Assembly: GCF_000012285.1 (NCBI RefSeq)
Contig: NC_007181.1
Location: 1,162,823-1,186,822, forward strand
Reading direction: 5' to 3'
Length of the DNA: 24,000 nt
From: Sulfolobus acidocaldarius DSM 639
Lineage (GTDB): Archaea > Thermoproteota > Thermoprotei_A > Sulfolobales > Sulfolobaceae
The notes under the pieces were generated by a model. The model was given only the letters and a program-made list of their open reading frames with translations. It did no database searches and was not told the origin of the DNA. Position numbers and translations under genes: made by a program. How positions within the stretch are numbered: the first letter of the stretch is position 1; each line of letters starts with the position of its first letter. This document shows positions 7,910 to 15,339 of the stretch, in pieces.

Positions 7910-9916
7910 ATGTCATGCAAAACTCCAAAAAACTACACACTTGTAATTGCTGAAAAAAGTAAGGCAGCAAGAAAAATCGCAGAAGCGTTGTCAAATAACT
8001 ATTCATATTGTAAAAAATTCTACGTCAACTTCTGGATTGTAAATTACTCCTCTAAATATTATATAATATCACCAGCTGCAGGTCATTTGTTCAACTTATA
8101 TGGCAATTCCTCATTTCCTGTCTATGAAACAGAATGGAAACCTTTATGGCAAATAGATCCTTCAGCTAGATATACAAAGAAATATTACGATTTAATTAAA
8201 TCTCTATCTAAAGATGCACAGGAGTTTATCAATGCATGCGATTACGATATAGAAGGATCATTGATAGGTTATCTCATAATAAATTTTTTAGGTGATATAA
8301 AAAGAGCTAAGAGAGCAAAATTTTCTGCTCTGACTAAAGAAGATATACTAAACTCTTTCAGAAACTTAAAACCTTTAGACTATGACATGATTCATGCAGG
8401 TATAGCTAGACATAAAGTAGATTGGTTGTGGGGCATTAACGTAAGTAGAGCCCTTATGAAGAGCGTATATACACTTACACGAAAAAGAGTAATCCTAAGT
8501 GCTGGCAGAGTTCAGAGCCCGACATTAATACATGTAATAAACAATACAGTAAAGAGAGAATTATTTGTTCCTTTACCATACTATTCAATTAATTTAACCA
8601 TTAATTTAAAAAATAAAGAATTTAAGATAACAATACCAAAAACTTTCGAGAACAAGAATGAAGCAAAACAATACTTAGAGGAAATAAAAAAGGTAGGTGA
8701 AGTCACAGTAACTAACATAGAGTTAAAAGATGCTGTAATTTATAGACCGCCACCATTTAATTTAACAGATTTACAGCTAGAAGCTGGAAGACTATTTGGT
8801 TATTCACCATATTTAGTTGAAAGACTTGCGGAGAACCTGTACCTAAATGGGCTAATAAGTTATCCTAGAACTAATAGTCAAAAAATACCACCTTCTGTAA
8901 ATATTTATCAAATAATTGACTCCCTCTCTAAGTCAAAAAGATACGGATCACTGATAAACACATTGTCTCAAATTACCAAAGGGAAGTATATAGTAAGGCA
9001 AGGAGAAAAAGATGATCCAGCACATCCTGCAATATATCCAACTGGAGAATTACCCTATAATTTGGATACCAAGGAATTGAAACTATATGAATTAATTTTG
9101 AGACGATTTTTAGCTTCAATGTCCACAGACGCTAGAGTTAGAAAACAAGAAATAACTTTAAGGATTCCTAAAGTTGATATTGAACTAAAACTGAACATAC
9201 AGAGCCTGATATATAAAGGTTGGATAATCTTATACCCATACACTAAGTTCTCAGATGAGGAACTTCTGGATGTGAAAAAAGGAGATAAAGGGCGTATTGT
9301 AAGGGCTAACAGTACAATGAAAGTCACAAAGCCTGATACACAACGAGTATCAAAGATTCAATTACTTAAATGGATGGAGTCGAATAACTTAGGAACTGAA
9401 GCTACAAGAGGTAGAATTATAGAGACACTGTTCAAAAGAAAGTATTTAATGAGTAAGGGTAAGTACGCTTATCCCACGCCCATCGGAATCGTAGTAACTG
9501 ATGTTTTATCATCTTATTTTAAGGACTTGACGGATGTGAGATTAACATCAGAGATGGAAAAAAAATTAAACGGAATTATTAGCGGAAAATTTTCTGAGAA
9601 CGAAGTAGTTGAGGAAACTAAGAAACTAATAGAGAAATACATTAATGAATTTGAAAATTCAAAGAACGATATTGGAACTAAAATAGGAAAAATTCTAGGT
9701 CTATTAGAGTATAAAAAATGCAAATATTGTGAATTAGAAGTCTATAAAGATGATCTGTGTAAATATCACTTAAATGCAATAAAACTTCTTAAAGATAACT
9801 TGAAAATATGGAAGGAGAGGACAGATCTAACAGAAGAATCAATTATTAAAAAACTTAAAAAGCTTAACACTGCAGGGAAATTTATAAGAGATGTATTGAA
9901 TACATACTATAACTGA
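7910..9916 (+). CDS. topA: Type IA DNA topoisomerase (topoisomerase III)
   Basis: 668-aa ORF. TOPRIM Glu in LVIAEKSKAA, acidic cluster ACDYDIEGS, active-site Tyr context LISYPRTNSQ, GRVQSPTL motif, and a C-terminal Cys/His cluster CKYCELEVYKDDLCKYH. The length matches what I recall for Sulfolobus topo III. Confidence 0.9.
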   Translation: MSCKTPKNYTLVIAEKSKAARKIAEALSNNYSYCKKFYVNFWIVNYSSKYYIISPAAGHLFNLYGNSSFPVYETEWKPLWQIDPSARYTKKYYDLIKSLSKDAQEFINACDYDIEGSLIGYLIINFLGDIKRAKRAKFSALTKEDILNSFRNLKPLDYDMIHAGIARHKVDWLWGINVSRALMKSVYTLTRKRVILSAGRVQSPTLIHVINNTVKRELFVPLPYYSINLTINLKNKEFKITIPKTFENKNEAKQYLEEIKKVGEVTVTNIELKDAVIYRPPPFNLTDLQLEAGRLFGYSPYLVERLAENLYLNGLISYPRTNSQKIPPSVNIYQIIDSLSKSKRYGSLINTLSQITKGKYIVRQGEKDDPAHPAIYPTGELPYNLDTKELKLYELILRRFLASMSTDARVRKQEITLRIPKVDIELKLNIQSLIYKGWIILYPYTKFSDEELLDVKKGDKGRIVRANSTMKVTKPDTQRVSKIQLLKWMESNNLGTEATRGRIIETLFKRKYLMSKGKYAYPTPIGIVVTDVLSSYFKDLTDVRLTSEMEKKLNGIISGKFSENEVVEETKKLIEKYINEFENSKNDIGTKIGKILGLLEYKKCKYCELEVYKDDLCKYHLNAIKLLKDNLKIWKERTDLTEESIIKKLKKLNTAGKFIRDVLNTYYN

Positions 9917-9971
9917 TGATGTGAGTCATGCCATCTTGATTGATGATATTAACCCTGGGGTAACTGATTTG

Positions 9972-11096
9972 TTATAGAGCCTTATACTTCTCGTGCCAAG
10001 CCTCATATACCTTGATTACTTCTGAATTTACACTGGGTTTCCTTATTTTAAGGATCTCCTTAAAGTCCTCCATATTAACAGCTCTAGGTTGCTCTAATTT
10101 TTTGTCGAACATCTCCTTTACTACCCTTATATGGGCAGCTTGAACTATGTCTTTTATATCACTTGCAGTATACCCTTCTGTCATTTTAGCTAGTTCATCT
10201 ATATTAACATTGTCCATTTTTATCTTTGAAGTATAGTGTAATAATAGTGACTTTCTCTGCTCAATATCTGGTAAGCGTATGTATATTCTCTTCTGAAATC
10301 TTCTTAAGAACGGCTCGTCTAGTCTCCAAGGCTTATTGGTTGCACCTATAACATAGACCTTAAAATTCTCAGATTTATCCTGCAAACCATCCATTTCCTT
10401 CAGGAATTGATTTCTGACCCTAACTTCCCCACCATTTTCACTATTATATGTACCAAGTAATGCATCTATCTCGTCTATGAATATTATCACAGGTTTGCCA
10501 TCCTTCTTGGACAATTCTCTAGCACTGTTGAATATTTTTGCTACATTTTTCTCAGCCTCGCCTAGCCACTTAGACATCACTGATGCTGCGTCGACTTGAA
10601 TAAAATATGAGTCGATCTCATTAGCTACAGCAGCTGCAATCATTGTTTTACCACAGCCTGGCGGTCCATAAACCAATATACCTCTAGGCCATCCTAACGG
10701 AAATAGATCTGGTCTTCTTGTAGGATAGACAATAGCCTCTTTTAGAGCCTCCTTAACGTCTTCCAAACCCACGATGTCATTAAAGTTTACTTTAGGTTTC
10801 TCCTTCATTACTAAATCGTCTACAGAGACTTGACTGTGTTTACCATTCCCATTCCCCGCACCATCAGCAGGAATTAATTCCTTTAAAACCTCTATTCGTC
10901 TTTTATACTCATTAATCATTTGCTCATATATAGCAGCTGTCGATCCGTCCCTATATAGAGAAACCAGTTGTGCTAATACCTCGATCGCTTTCTTGTAGTT
11001 GGTAATTGCCTCTTCAGCATTTCCCTCTTTGTCGGCTTTTACAGCATTTATAGCATATTTCCTTGCCATCTCTTCAAGCATTACTTGGGCAGACAT
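9972..11096 (-). CDS. cdvC: Vps4-like AAA+ ATPase CdvC (ESCRT-III disassembly ATPase of the Cdv cell-division system)
   Basis: 374-aa ORF. N-terminal MIT-like three-helix region (about aa 1-75, 10872..11096). Walker A GPPGCGKT (10644..10667), Walker B IIFIDEID, pore loop [21 protein letters not shown] second region of homology. The start lies 2 nt after the cdvB stop, with GAGGG inside the cdvB 3' end as a Shine-Dalgarno. Confidence 0.95.
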   Translation of the reverse strand: MSAQVMLEEMARKYAINAVKADKEGNAEEAITNYKKAIEVLAQLVSLYRDGSTAAIYEQMINEYKRRIEVLKELIPADGAGNGNGKHSQVSVDDLVMKEKPKVNFNDIVGLEDVKEALKEAIVYPTRRPDLFPLGWPRGILVYGPPGCGKTMIAAAVANEIDSYFIQVDAASVMSKWLGEAEKNVAKIFNSARELSKKDGKPVIIFIDEIDALLGTYNSENGGEVRVRNQFLKEMDGLQDKSENFKVYVIGATNKPWRLDEPFLRRFQKRIYIRLPDIEQRKSLLLHYTSKIKMDNVNIDELAKMTEGYTASDIKDIVQAAHIRVVKEMFDKKLEQPRAVNMEDFKEILKIRKPSVNSEVIKVYEAWHEKYKAL

Positions 11097-11098
11097 AC

Positions 11099-11884
11099 TT
11101 AACCCTCAAGAACAATTAGACCCTTTTCTTCGAGTCTCCTTAACACATTGAAAACTTCATCTTTACTAACATCAAAATTCTTAGCTATGTAATCTACATC
11201 AATAAATCCACCAGTAGTCTTTATGTAATTTAGTATCATATCCTCTGATAAACTCTTCTTGTTGCTACTTTGAACTTGTTTAGCTACTCTCTTTGGTAAC
11301 TCTGAAGGTGGATGGGGTAGTTCTGGCAACAATTCTCTAACTTTTACTTCAGCCATCTTCTGAGCTTCTTCCATTATCTGTTTCGCTTGTTCGTCAGCAA
11401 CTGTTGGAACAAATGTCTTCTCGCTTAATGCACCAGTTTCAATGGCTATACTATTTACGCTACTCGTTATTGAATCTAAAGCGAGAGCCACTTCTGGTGC
11501 AATACCTCTAACTTGCTCCTTTAATTCTCCTAGTATACGCATTACTGGGAATAGCACCAGAGAAACTCCCTGTAGCTCCTGGACGGTATCTAGTTTTAAT
11601 CTTACCTTTTCTATAGCTAAATATGCAGTATATATTATTTTAATCATTTTTCGTATGTCCGAGATCTCTTGTGCATATATCGTAGCTCTCGCTATATCTC
11701 CTTCAATTTGAGATCTAATGACTTTCTCAAAGAGATCTTTGTCTCTCTCCCTTAATCTCCTTATTGCTTCGTCTAATCTATCCTGCTGCTCTTTTAATTT
11801 TAAAGATATTTCAGTTATCGCTTTGGACAAATGCACCTTTCTCTTTCTATCACTATTAAAAATTATCGATAACTTATCAAACAT
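11099..11884 (-). CDS. cdvB: ESCRT-III (Snf7-like) protein CdvB with C-terminal MIM2 motif and winged-helix domain
   Basis: 261-aa ORF with a long helical-hairpin N-terminal core. Proline-rich [15 protein letters not shown] (11294..11338) is the MIM2-type Vps4-MIT ligand. The C-terminal 50 aa (11102..11251), [46 protein letters not shown], have a winged-helix pattern. Confidence 0.95.
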   Translation of the reverse strand: MFDKLSIIFNSDRKRKVHLSKAITEISLKLKEQQDRLDEAIRRLRERDKDLFEKVIRSQIEGDIARATIYAQEISDIRKMIKIIYTAYLAIEKVRLKLDTVQELQGVSLVLFPVMRILGELKEQVRGIAPEVALALDSITSSVNSIAIETGALSEKTFVPTVADEQAKQIMEEAQKMAEVKVRELLPELPHPPSELPKRVAKQVQSSNKKSLSEDMILNYIKTTGGFIDVDYIAKNFDVSKDEVFNVLRRLEEKGLIVLEG

Positions 11885-11901
11885 CCTATGTCACTAATTC
11901 T

Positions 11902-12618
11902 TCATAAAGTATTTATTACCCTTACTGGTATTGGAACAGACACTTCAGACTTATTACCCTCGTTCTTATTTGACTGTTCTGTTGACGTGTTTAATGAGGC
12001 AGAAGGCTTAAGTTCTATTACCTCCTTATCCAATCCGTCAAGTTTATCTAGAGTTTTCTTTATATCGTCTCTTTCCAATGCATAACTATCCCTAGACAGT
12101 CTTAGAATTTCCATAGAATTTTTATATGCAAGTTCTGGTATTTCACCCGATATGTAATTTATCTTCAATGCAATCATAGCTCTATCAATTTGAGCAACTT
12201 GGTCCTCTATTGAGTTTAATCTATCTTTTAATCTTCCCTTTAATCTTGAATGCTCATCTCTTATCTTTAGCAACTCACTGTCTAACTTCCTTTTCATATC
12301 CTCATATGTACTTTTAGGTATCTCTTGCCTAGAGTATAACTCCTCGAGCGCTCTTTGTCTCTTCCTTATCTTCTCCATCTGTCCTAATACTTTCAAAGAG
12401 TCGGTTTTCCAATCAGGTAATATTACTACAGAATCTCCATCAACTTTTACGCTATTCGGAGAATATGTCTTGATTTCTTCACCTTTAAATAATTCAATAC
12501 CTGTTATTGTACCATCAATTTCAGTATAAACATGAACTATTACTCCAGCATCACGACCATAAACGTCCTTTACCTTTTGCCCTATGAACTTTGTTAATAC
12601 CTCAACCGGAATGCCCAT
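11902..12618 (-). CDS. cdvA: CdvA (PRC-barrel, coiled coil and C-terminal ESCRT-III-binding peptide), membrane-recruiting component of the Cdv system
   Basis: The ORF track starts at TTG 12633. I prefer ATG 12618 (MGIPVEV..., 238 aa) because GAGGAG lies 7 nt upstream and the TATA geometry puts the TSS near 12633. N-terminal beta-rich PRC-barrel-like region, central heptad-rich helical region, and a C-terminal tail ..[15 protein letters not shown]. Confidence 0.95.
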   Translation of the reverse strand: MGIPVEVLTKFIGQKVKDVYGRDAGVIVHVYTEIDGTITGIELFKGEEIKTYSPNSVKVDGDSVVILPDWKTDSLKVLGQMEKIRKRQRALEELYSRQEIPKSTYEDMKRKLDSELLKIRDEHSRLKGRLKDRLNSIEDQVAQIDRAMIALKINYISGEIPELAYKNSMEILRLSRDSYALERDDIKKTLDKLDGLDKEVIELKPSASLNTSTEQSNKNEGNKSEVSVPIPVRVINTL

Positions 12619-12625
12619 GGTATTA

Positions 12626-12664
12626 CTCCTCAAAGTTATCAGCTATGATGATTATATTTATAAG
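12626..12664 (-). promoter_or_regulatory. cdvA promoter and ribosome-binding region
   Basis: The minus strand reads CTTATAAATATAATCATCATAGCTGATAACTTTGAGGAGTAATACC-ATG. TATA is TTATAAATATAA (12650..12664). GAGGAG (12631..12626) lies 7 nt before the ATG and complements the Sulfolobus anti-SD core. Confidence 0.55.
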
Positions 12665-12670
12665 AATTTA

Positions 12671-12730
12671 GGCTCTTCAGTAGGTAGAGGTTCATCATCA
12701 ATAAGCGCTTTTAACCCTCATCATTAGCCC
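12671..12730 (-). ncRNA. C/D box sRNA (2'-O-methylation guide RNA)
   Basis: The minus strand reads GGGCUA-AUGAUGA-GGGUUAAAAGCG-CUUA-UUGA-UGAUGA-ACCUCUACCUA-CUGA-AGAGCC. Box C 12724..12718, 12-nt guide, degenerate D' CUUA, C' UGAUGA 12697..12692, 11-nt guide, box D 12680..12677. Terminal stem GGCU/AGCC, about 60 nt total. TATA GTTTATAAGC lies about 20-22 nt upstream of the 5' end. Confidence 0.8.
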
Positions 12731-12749
12731 CATAATATTACGCTAATTA

Positions 12750-12759
12750 GCTTATAAAC
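12750..12759. promoter_or_regulatory. Palindromic TATA element (GCTTATAAAC / GTTTATAAGC) shared by the C/D sRNA (minus) and the leaderless small membrane gene (plus)
   Basis: The TTATAA core is centred at about 12754.5. That is about 25-27 nt from the sRNA 5' end (12730..12728) and about 29 nt from ATG 12784. Confidence 0.5.
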
Positions 12760-12783
12760 ATTTAAAGATGAACCTAATAATTA

Positions 12784-13032
12784 ATGAGCCTGGAAACATT
12801 TCACTATATTGCTAATCAATTATCAGGTATATTTAACTTCAATGGAGAGCCTTTAGCTACAGCATTAATAATACTAGGATTGGCAATACTTTCAATAATG
12901 ATATTGGCTGGGTTAATTTATGGAGCAATAAAGGTAGTTAAAGCAGTTCCAAACATGCCTTTTAAACAGTTCATCATAGTAATGCTAATGATAGCAGTAT
13001 TCTTAGTAATTGTTGGAGTACTAATACCCTAA
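12784..13032 (+). CDS. Small membrane protein (two predicted TM helices), unknown function
   Basis: 82-aa ORF with two long hydrophobic stretches ([26 protein letters not shown] and [19 protein letters not shown]). Convergent 4-nt overlap with the enolase stop. Confidence 0.5.
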   Translation: MSLETFHYIANQLSGIFNFNGEPLATALIILGLAILSIMILAGLIYGAIKVVKAVPNMPFKQFIIVMLMIAVFLVIVGVLIP

Positions 13033-14279
13033 AGGTAAAAATTTTTACCGTAAAACTCTAATCCATAATCCAACTCTATTTCTATTAACCTGTTATACTT
13101 ACTTGTTCTCTCTCCTCTTGAAGGTGCACCAGTTTTGATGAACTCACTTTGGGTACCTACTGCAAGATCAGCTATTATAGAATCTTCGGTCTCTCCGCTC
13201 CTGTGGCTAACAATTGTCTTCACAGCATTTCTTCTAGCGAAATCTATATAATCTAAAGTTTCGGTTATGGTTCCAATTTGATTGGGCTTTACTATGGTAC
13301 CTTTACTTGACATTCTTTCTATTCCCTTCTTCAAATATTCTATATTTGTCACATACAAATCGTCACCGGTTACAATAGTTTTTTTCAGCTTACTTTGCAA
13401 CTGAGAAAATGAATCATAATCGTTCTCTTCAAAGGGATCTTCAATATACATTAAAGGATACATATCTGCTAATTGCTTGTAGTAATCTATCAATTCACCT
13501 GCAGTATACCTCTTACCATCTAGTTCATAGTGAGACTCATGAAAGAAATTAGAGGCTGCAGCGTCCATACCCATAAAAATCTTGTCCTCATATCCTAGGC
13601 TTTTTATAGATGTATAAACGAGATCCAATGCGTCCATCGTCTTTTCAAGTGGAGGAGAAAATCCCCCTTCATCACCTAAGGCTGTATATATCTTTCCATA
13701 CCTTTCTGTGATTAAGTCCTTTAGCCTTTTATATACTTCGATGGAGGCTTGAATGGCTTCTGTAAACTTATCAAAATTCTTGGGAATTATGATAAATTCC
13801 TGAATCTTTAGATTATTTCCTGCGTGAAGACCACCATTTAATATATTCAAAAGAGGCATTGGAATGTATTTGGCTCTGGGACCTCCTATATATTCAAAGT
13901 ACTCCTGTCCTAAAGCTCTTGATGCAGTTTTCAAAACAGCTATAGAAGTTGCTATCATAGTATTACCACCAATTCTTGATTTATTTTGTGTGCCATCAAG
14001 CCTTATTAGCGTTGTATCTATAACCCTTTGCCTTCTCACATCATAATCTTTTAGAGAATCACTCAATACAGTATTTACTAGTTCTACGGCATCAATAACT
14101 CTCCCATTTTTATCCTTCAGCTCTACGGCTTCATTTGCACCTTTTGATGCTCCTGCAGGAGCATCGCCAAATCCTACTATTCCGTCGTAAGTTTCCACTC
14201 TAACTCTGATTGTCCTATTAGCTCTAGAATCAATTATCTCATAACCCTTTAATTTCCTTATTCTAAACCTATCGTTCAT
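13029..14279 (-). CDS. eno: Enolase (2-phosphoglycerate dehydratase)
   Basis: The ORF track extends to 14345. I prefer ATG 14279 ([30 protein letters not shown]..), which aligns with the usual enolase N-terminus and avoids overlap with the divergent gene. Has the signature [18 protein letters not shown] and KPNQIGT. Confidence 0.9.
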   Translation of the reverse strand: MNDRFRIRKLKGYEIIDSRANRTIRVRVETYDGIVGFGDAPAGASKGANEAVELKDKNGRVIDAVELVNTVLSDSLKDYDVRRQRVIDTTLIRLDGTQNKSRIGGNTMIATSIAVLKTASRALGQEYFEYIGGPRAKYIPMPLLNILNGGLHAGNNLKIQEFIIIPKNFDKFTEAIQASIEVYKRLKDLITERYGKIYTALGDEGGFSPPLEKTMDALDLVYTSIKSLGYEDKIFMGMDAAASNFFHESHYELDGKRYTAGELIDYYKQLADMYPLMYIEDPFEENDYDSFSQLQSKLKKTIVTGDDLYVTNIEYLKKGIERMSSKGTIVKPNQIGTITETLDYIDFARRNAVKTIVSHRSGETEDSIIADLAVGTQSEFIKTGAPSRGERTSKYNRLIEIELDYGLEFYGKNFYL

Positions 14280-14317
14280 TTTAAGTCTGTTTGTGTATAT
14301 TTTGGATAAGATAATAA

Positions 14318-14629
14318 ATGTTAGTCTCGGAGGCTGTTCTTCCACTATTATTCTATGGAATATTAACGCCTGTATACCAAGTAATTTTAAGGGGGAAAAT
14401 TAGTAATGTAAAAGGGTTTTATCTAGCCTGGATAACAGCACCGTTCCTGGTGGGATATTTCTTTTACTCAACTTTAGTTGAGGTTTTTCTGTTACTTATA
14501 TTCAATATAATTGGCTATATCATTGTTCTTAAAAATAAATACAAGTACATATTTCCACTACTTCTTTTTTCAGCAGTGATAATACAAATATTTTATATCT
14601 TAACAACACTACATACTATTCATGGTTAG
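14318..14629 (+). CDS. Small integral membrane protein, unknown function
   Basis: 103-aa ORF with three hydrophobic segments. Its stop overlaps the start of the next gene by 8 nt. Confidence 0.45.
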   Translation: MLVSEAVLPLLFYGILTPVYQVILRGKISNVKGFYLAWITAPFLVGYFFYSTLVEVFLLLIFNIIGYIIVLKNKYKYIFPLLLFSAVIIQIFYILTTLHTIHG

Positions 14630-14939
14630 AAAGAAAGCAATTGAAGCAGACGTTTGTCCTAACTGTGGTAAAAAAGCTGAAAAACCAGTTAAGACATGGC
14701 AATTGGTATCTCCATTACCAGACGCCTACGGAAGAATAACAATTACAGTTATGGGATCATATGAATGCGGTAATTGTGGACATAAATGGAAAGCAGTAGT
14801 TTCTAAGATAAAAGCTGGTGGAAGCTCAGTAGAAATTGAAGGAAAGAAAGGAAAGAAAACTATAGGAGAGGAGAAAGAAGATAAAAGAGAGGGAGAAGTT
14901 ATAGAATTGGATATAAGTGATTTAGATGAAGAAGAGTGA
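14622..14939 (+). CDS. Zinc-ribbon protein with acidic C-terminal tail, unknown function
   Basis: 105-aa ORF with CPNCG...CGNCGH (CxxC-x33-CxxC). The C-terminus is Lys/Glu rich and ends DISDLDEEE. Confidence 0.55.
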   Translation: MVRKKAIEADVCPNCGKKAEKPVKTWQLVSPLPDAYGRITITVMGSYECGNCGHKWKAVVSKIKAGGSSVEIEGKKGKKTIGEEKEDKREGEVIELDISDLDEEE

Positions 14940-15339
14940 TGTAGCGATAGTACTTGTCGTGATACTAATTTACGTTGTATTGTTCTCTGGAATTGTCCAG
15001 ACAGCCAGTATTGAAGGAGTGTCAATGTATCCAGTTTTCCAAAACGGATTCCTTACTTTTTATGTATCACCGTCTGATATCTCAGTAGGAAACATAGTTA
15101 TATATAAGTCAACTGTCGGTACTTATGTTATCCATCAGGTGATACATATCGATGGAAATTCTTACGTGACAAAAGGTGTTGATAACATAACAAATTACCT
15201 TCCAGATAATAAAATAGGTTTAGAGCCTCAATCTGGAATTCCAAAAACAGCAGTTATTGGAAAAGTAGCTGAGGTAAATGGGTTTGTAATAAGTATACCC
15301 TACTTAGGTTATATTTCTATATTATTCTCTTCATTGTAG
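14926..15339 (+). CDS. Type I signal peptidase (S26 family, Sec11/archaeal type)
   Basis: 137-aa ORF with an N-terminal TM anchor. Catalytic Ser context GVSMYPVF, His context YVIHQVIH, and TKGVDN resembling the TKGDNN box. Overlaps the upstream gene by 14 nt. Confidence 0.7.
   Translation: MKKSDVAIVLVVILIYVVLFSGIVQTASIEGVSMYPVFQNGFLTFYVSPSDISVGNIVIYKSTVGTYVIHQVIHIDGNSYVTKGVDNITNYLPDNKIGLEPQSGIPKTAVIGKVAEVNGFVISIPYLGYISILFSSL

Noticed and set aside
9055-9723. Two minus-strand ORFs (9055..9327, 9514..9723) inside topA
   Set aside because: Antisense shadows with no motifs or start signals.
9913-9967. C/D-box-like string CUGAUGA...UGAUGA...CUGA in the topA/vps4 spacer
   Set aside because: The C'-to-D spacing is 17 nt instead of about 12, there is no recognisable D' after the first guide, and box C overlaps the topA stop codon. 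It does not fit the tight archaeal spacing rule.
11442-12085. Plus-strand ORFs 11442..11711 and 11888..12085
   Set aside because: Antisense to cdvB and cdvA, which are strongly supported. No independent signals.
12619-12633. TTG-initiated 5-codon N-terminal extension of cdvA (MRSNT)
   Set aside because: It would bury the GAGGAG Shine-Dalgarno inside the ORF, and the predicted TSS falls at about 12633. ATG 12618 gives the 238-aa length I recall for CdvA.
12646-12652. Third ATGATGA motif (plus strand) near the sRNA, possible additional box C
   Set aside because: No CUGA or C' follows at the right spacing on the plus strand. It lies between the cdvA TATA and SD and is probably coincidental.
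14280-14345. 22-codon N-terminal extension of enolase
   Set aside because: The extension ([22 protein letters not shown]) has no counterpart in enolases and overlaps the divergent 14318 gene. ATG 14279 aligns with the family N-terminus.
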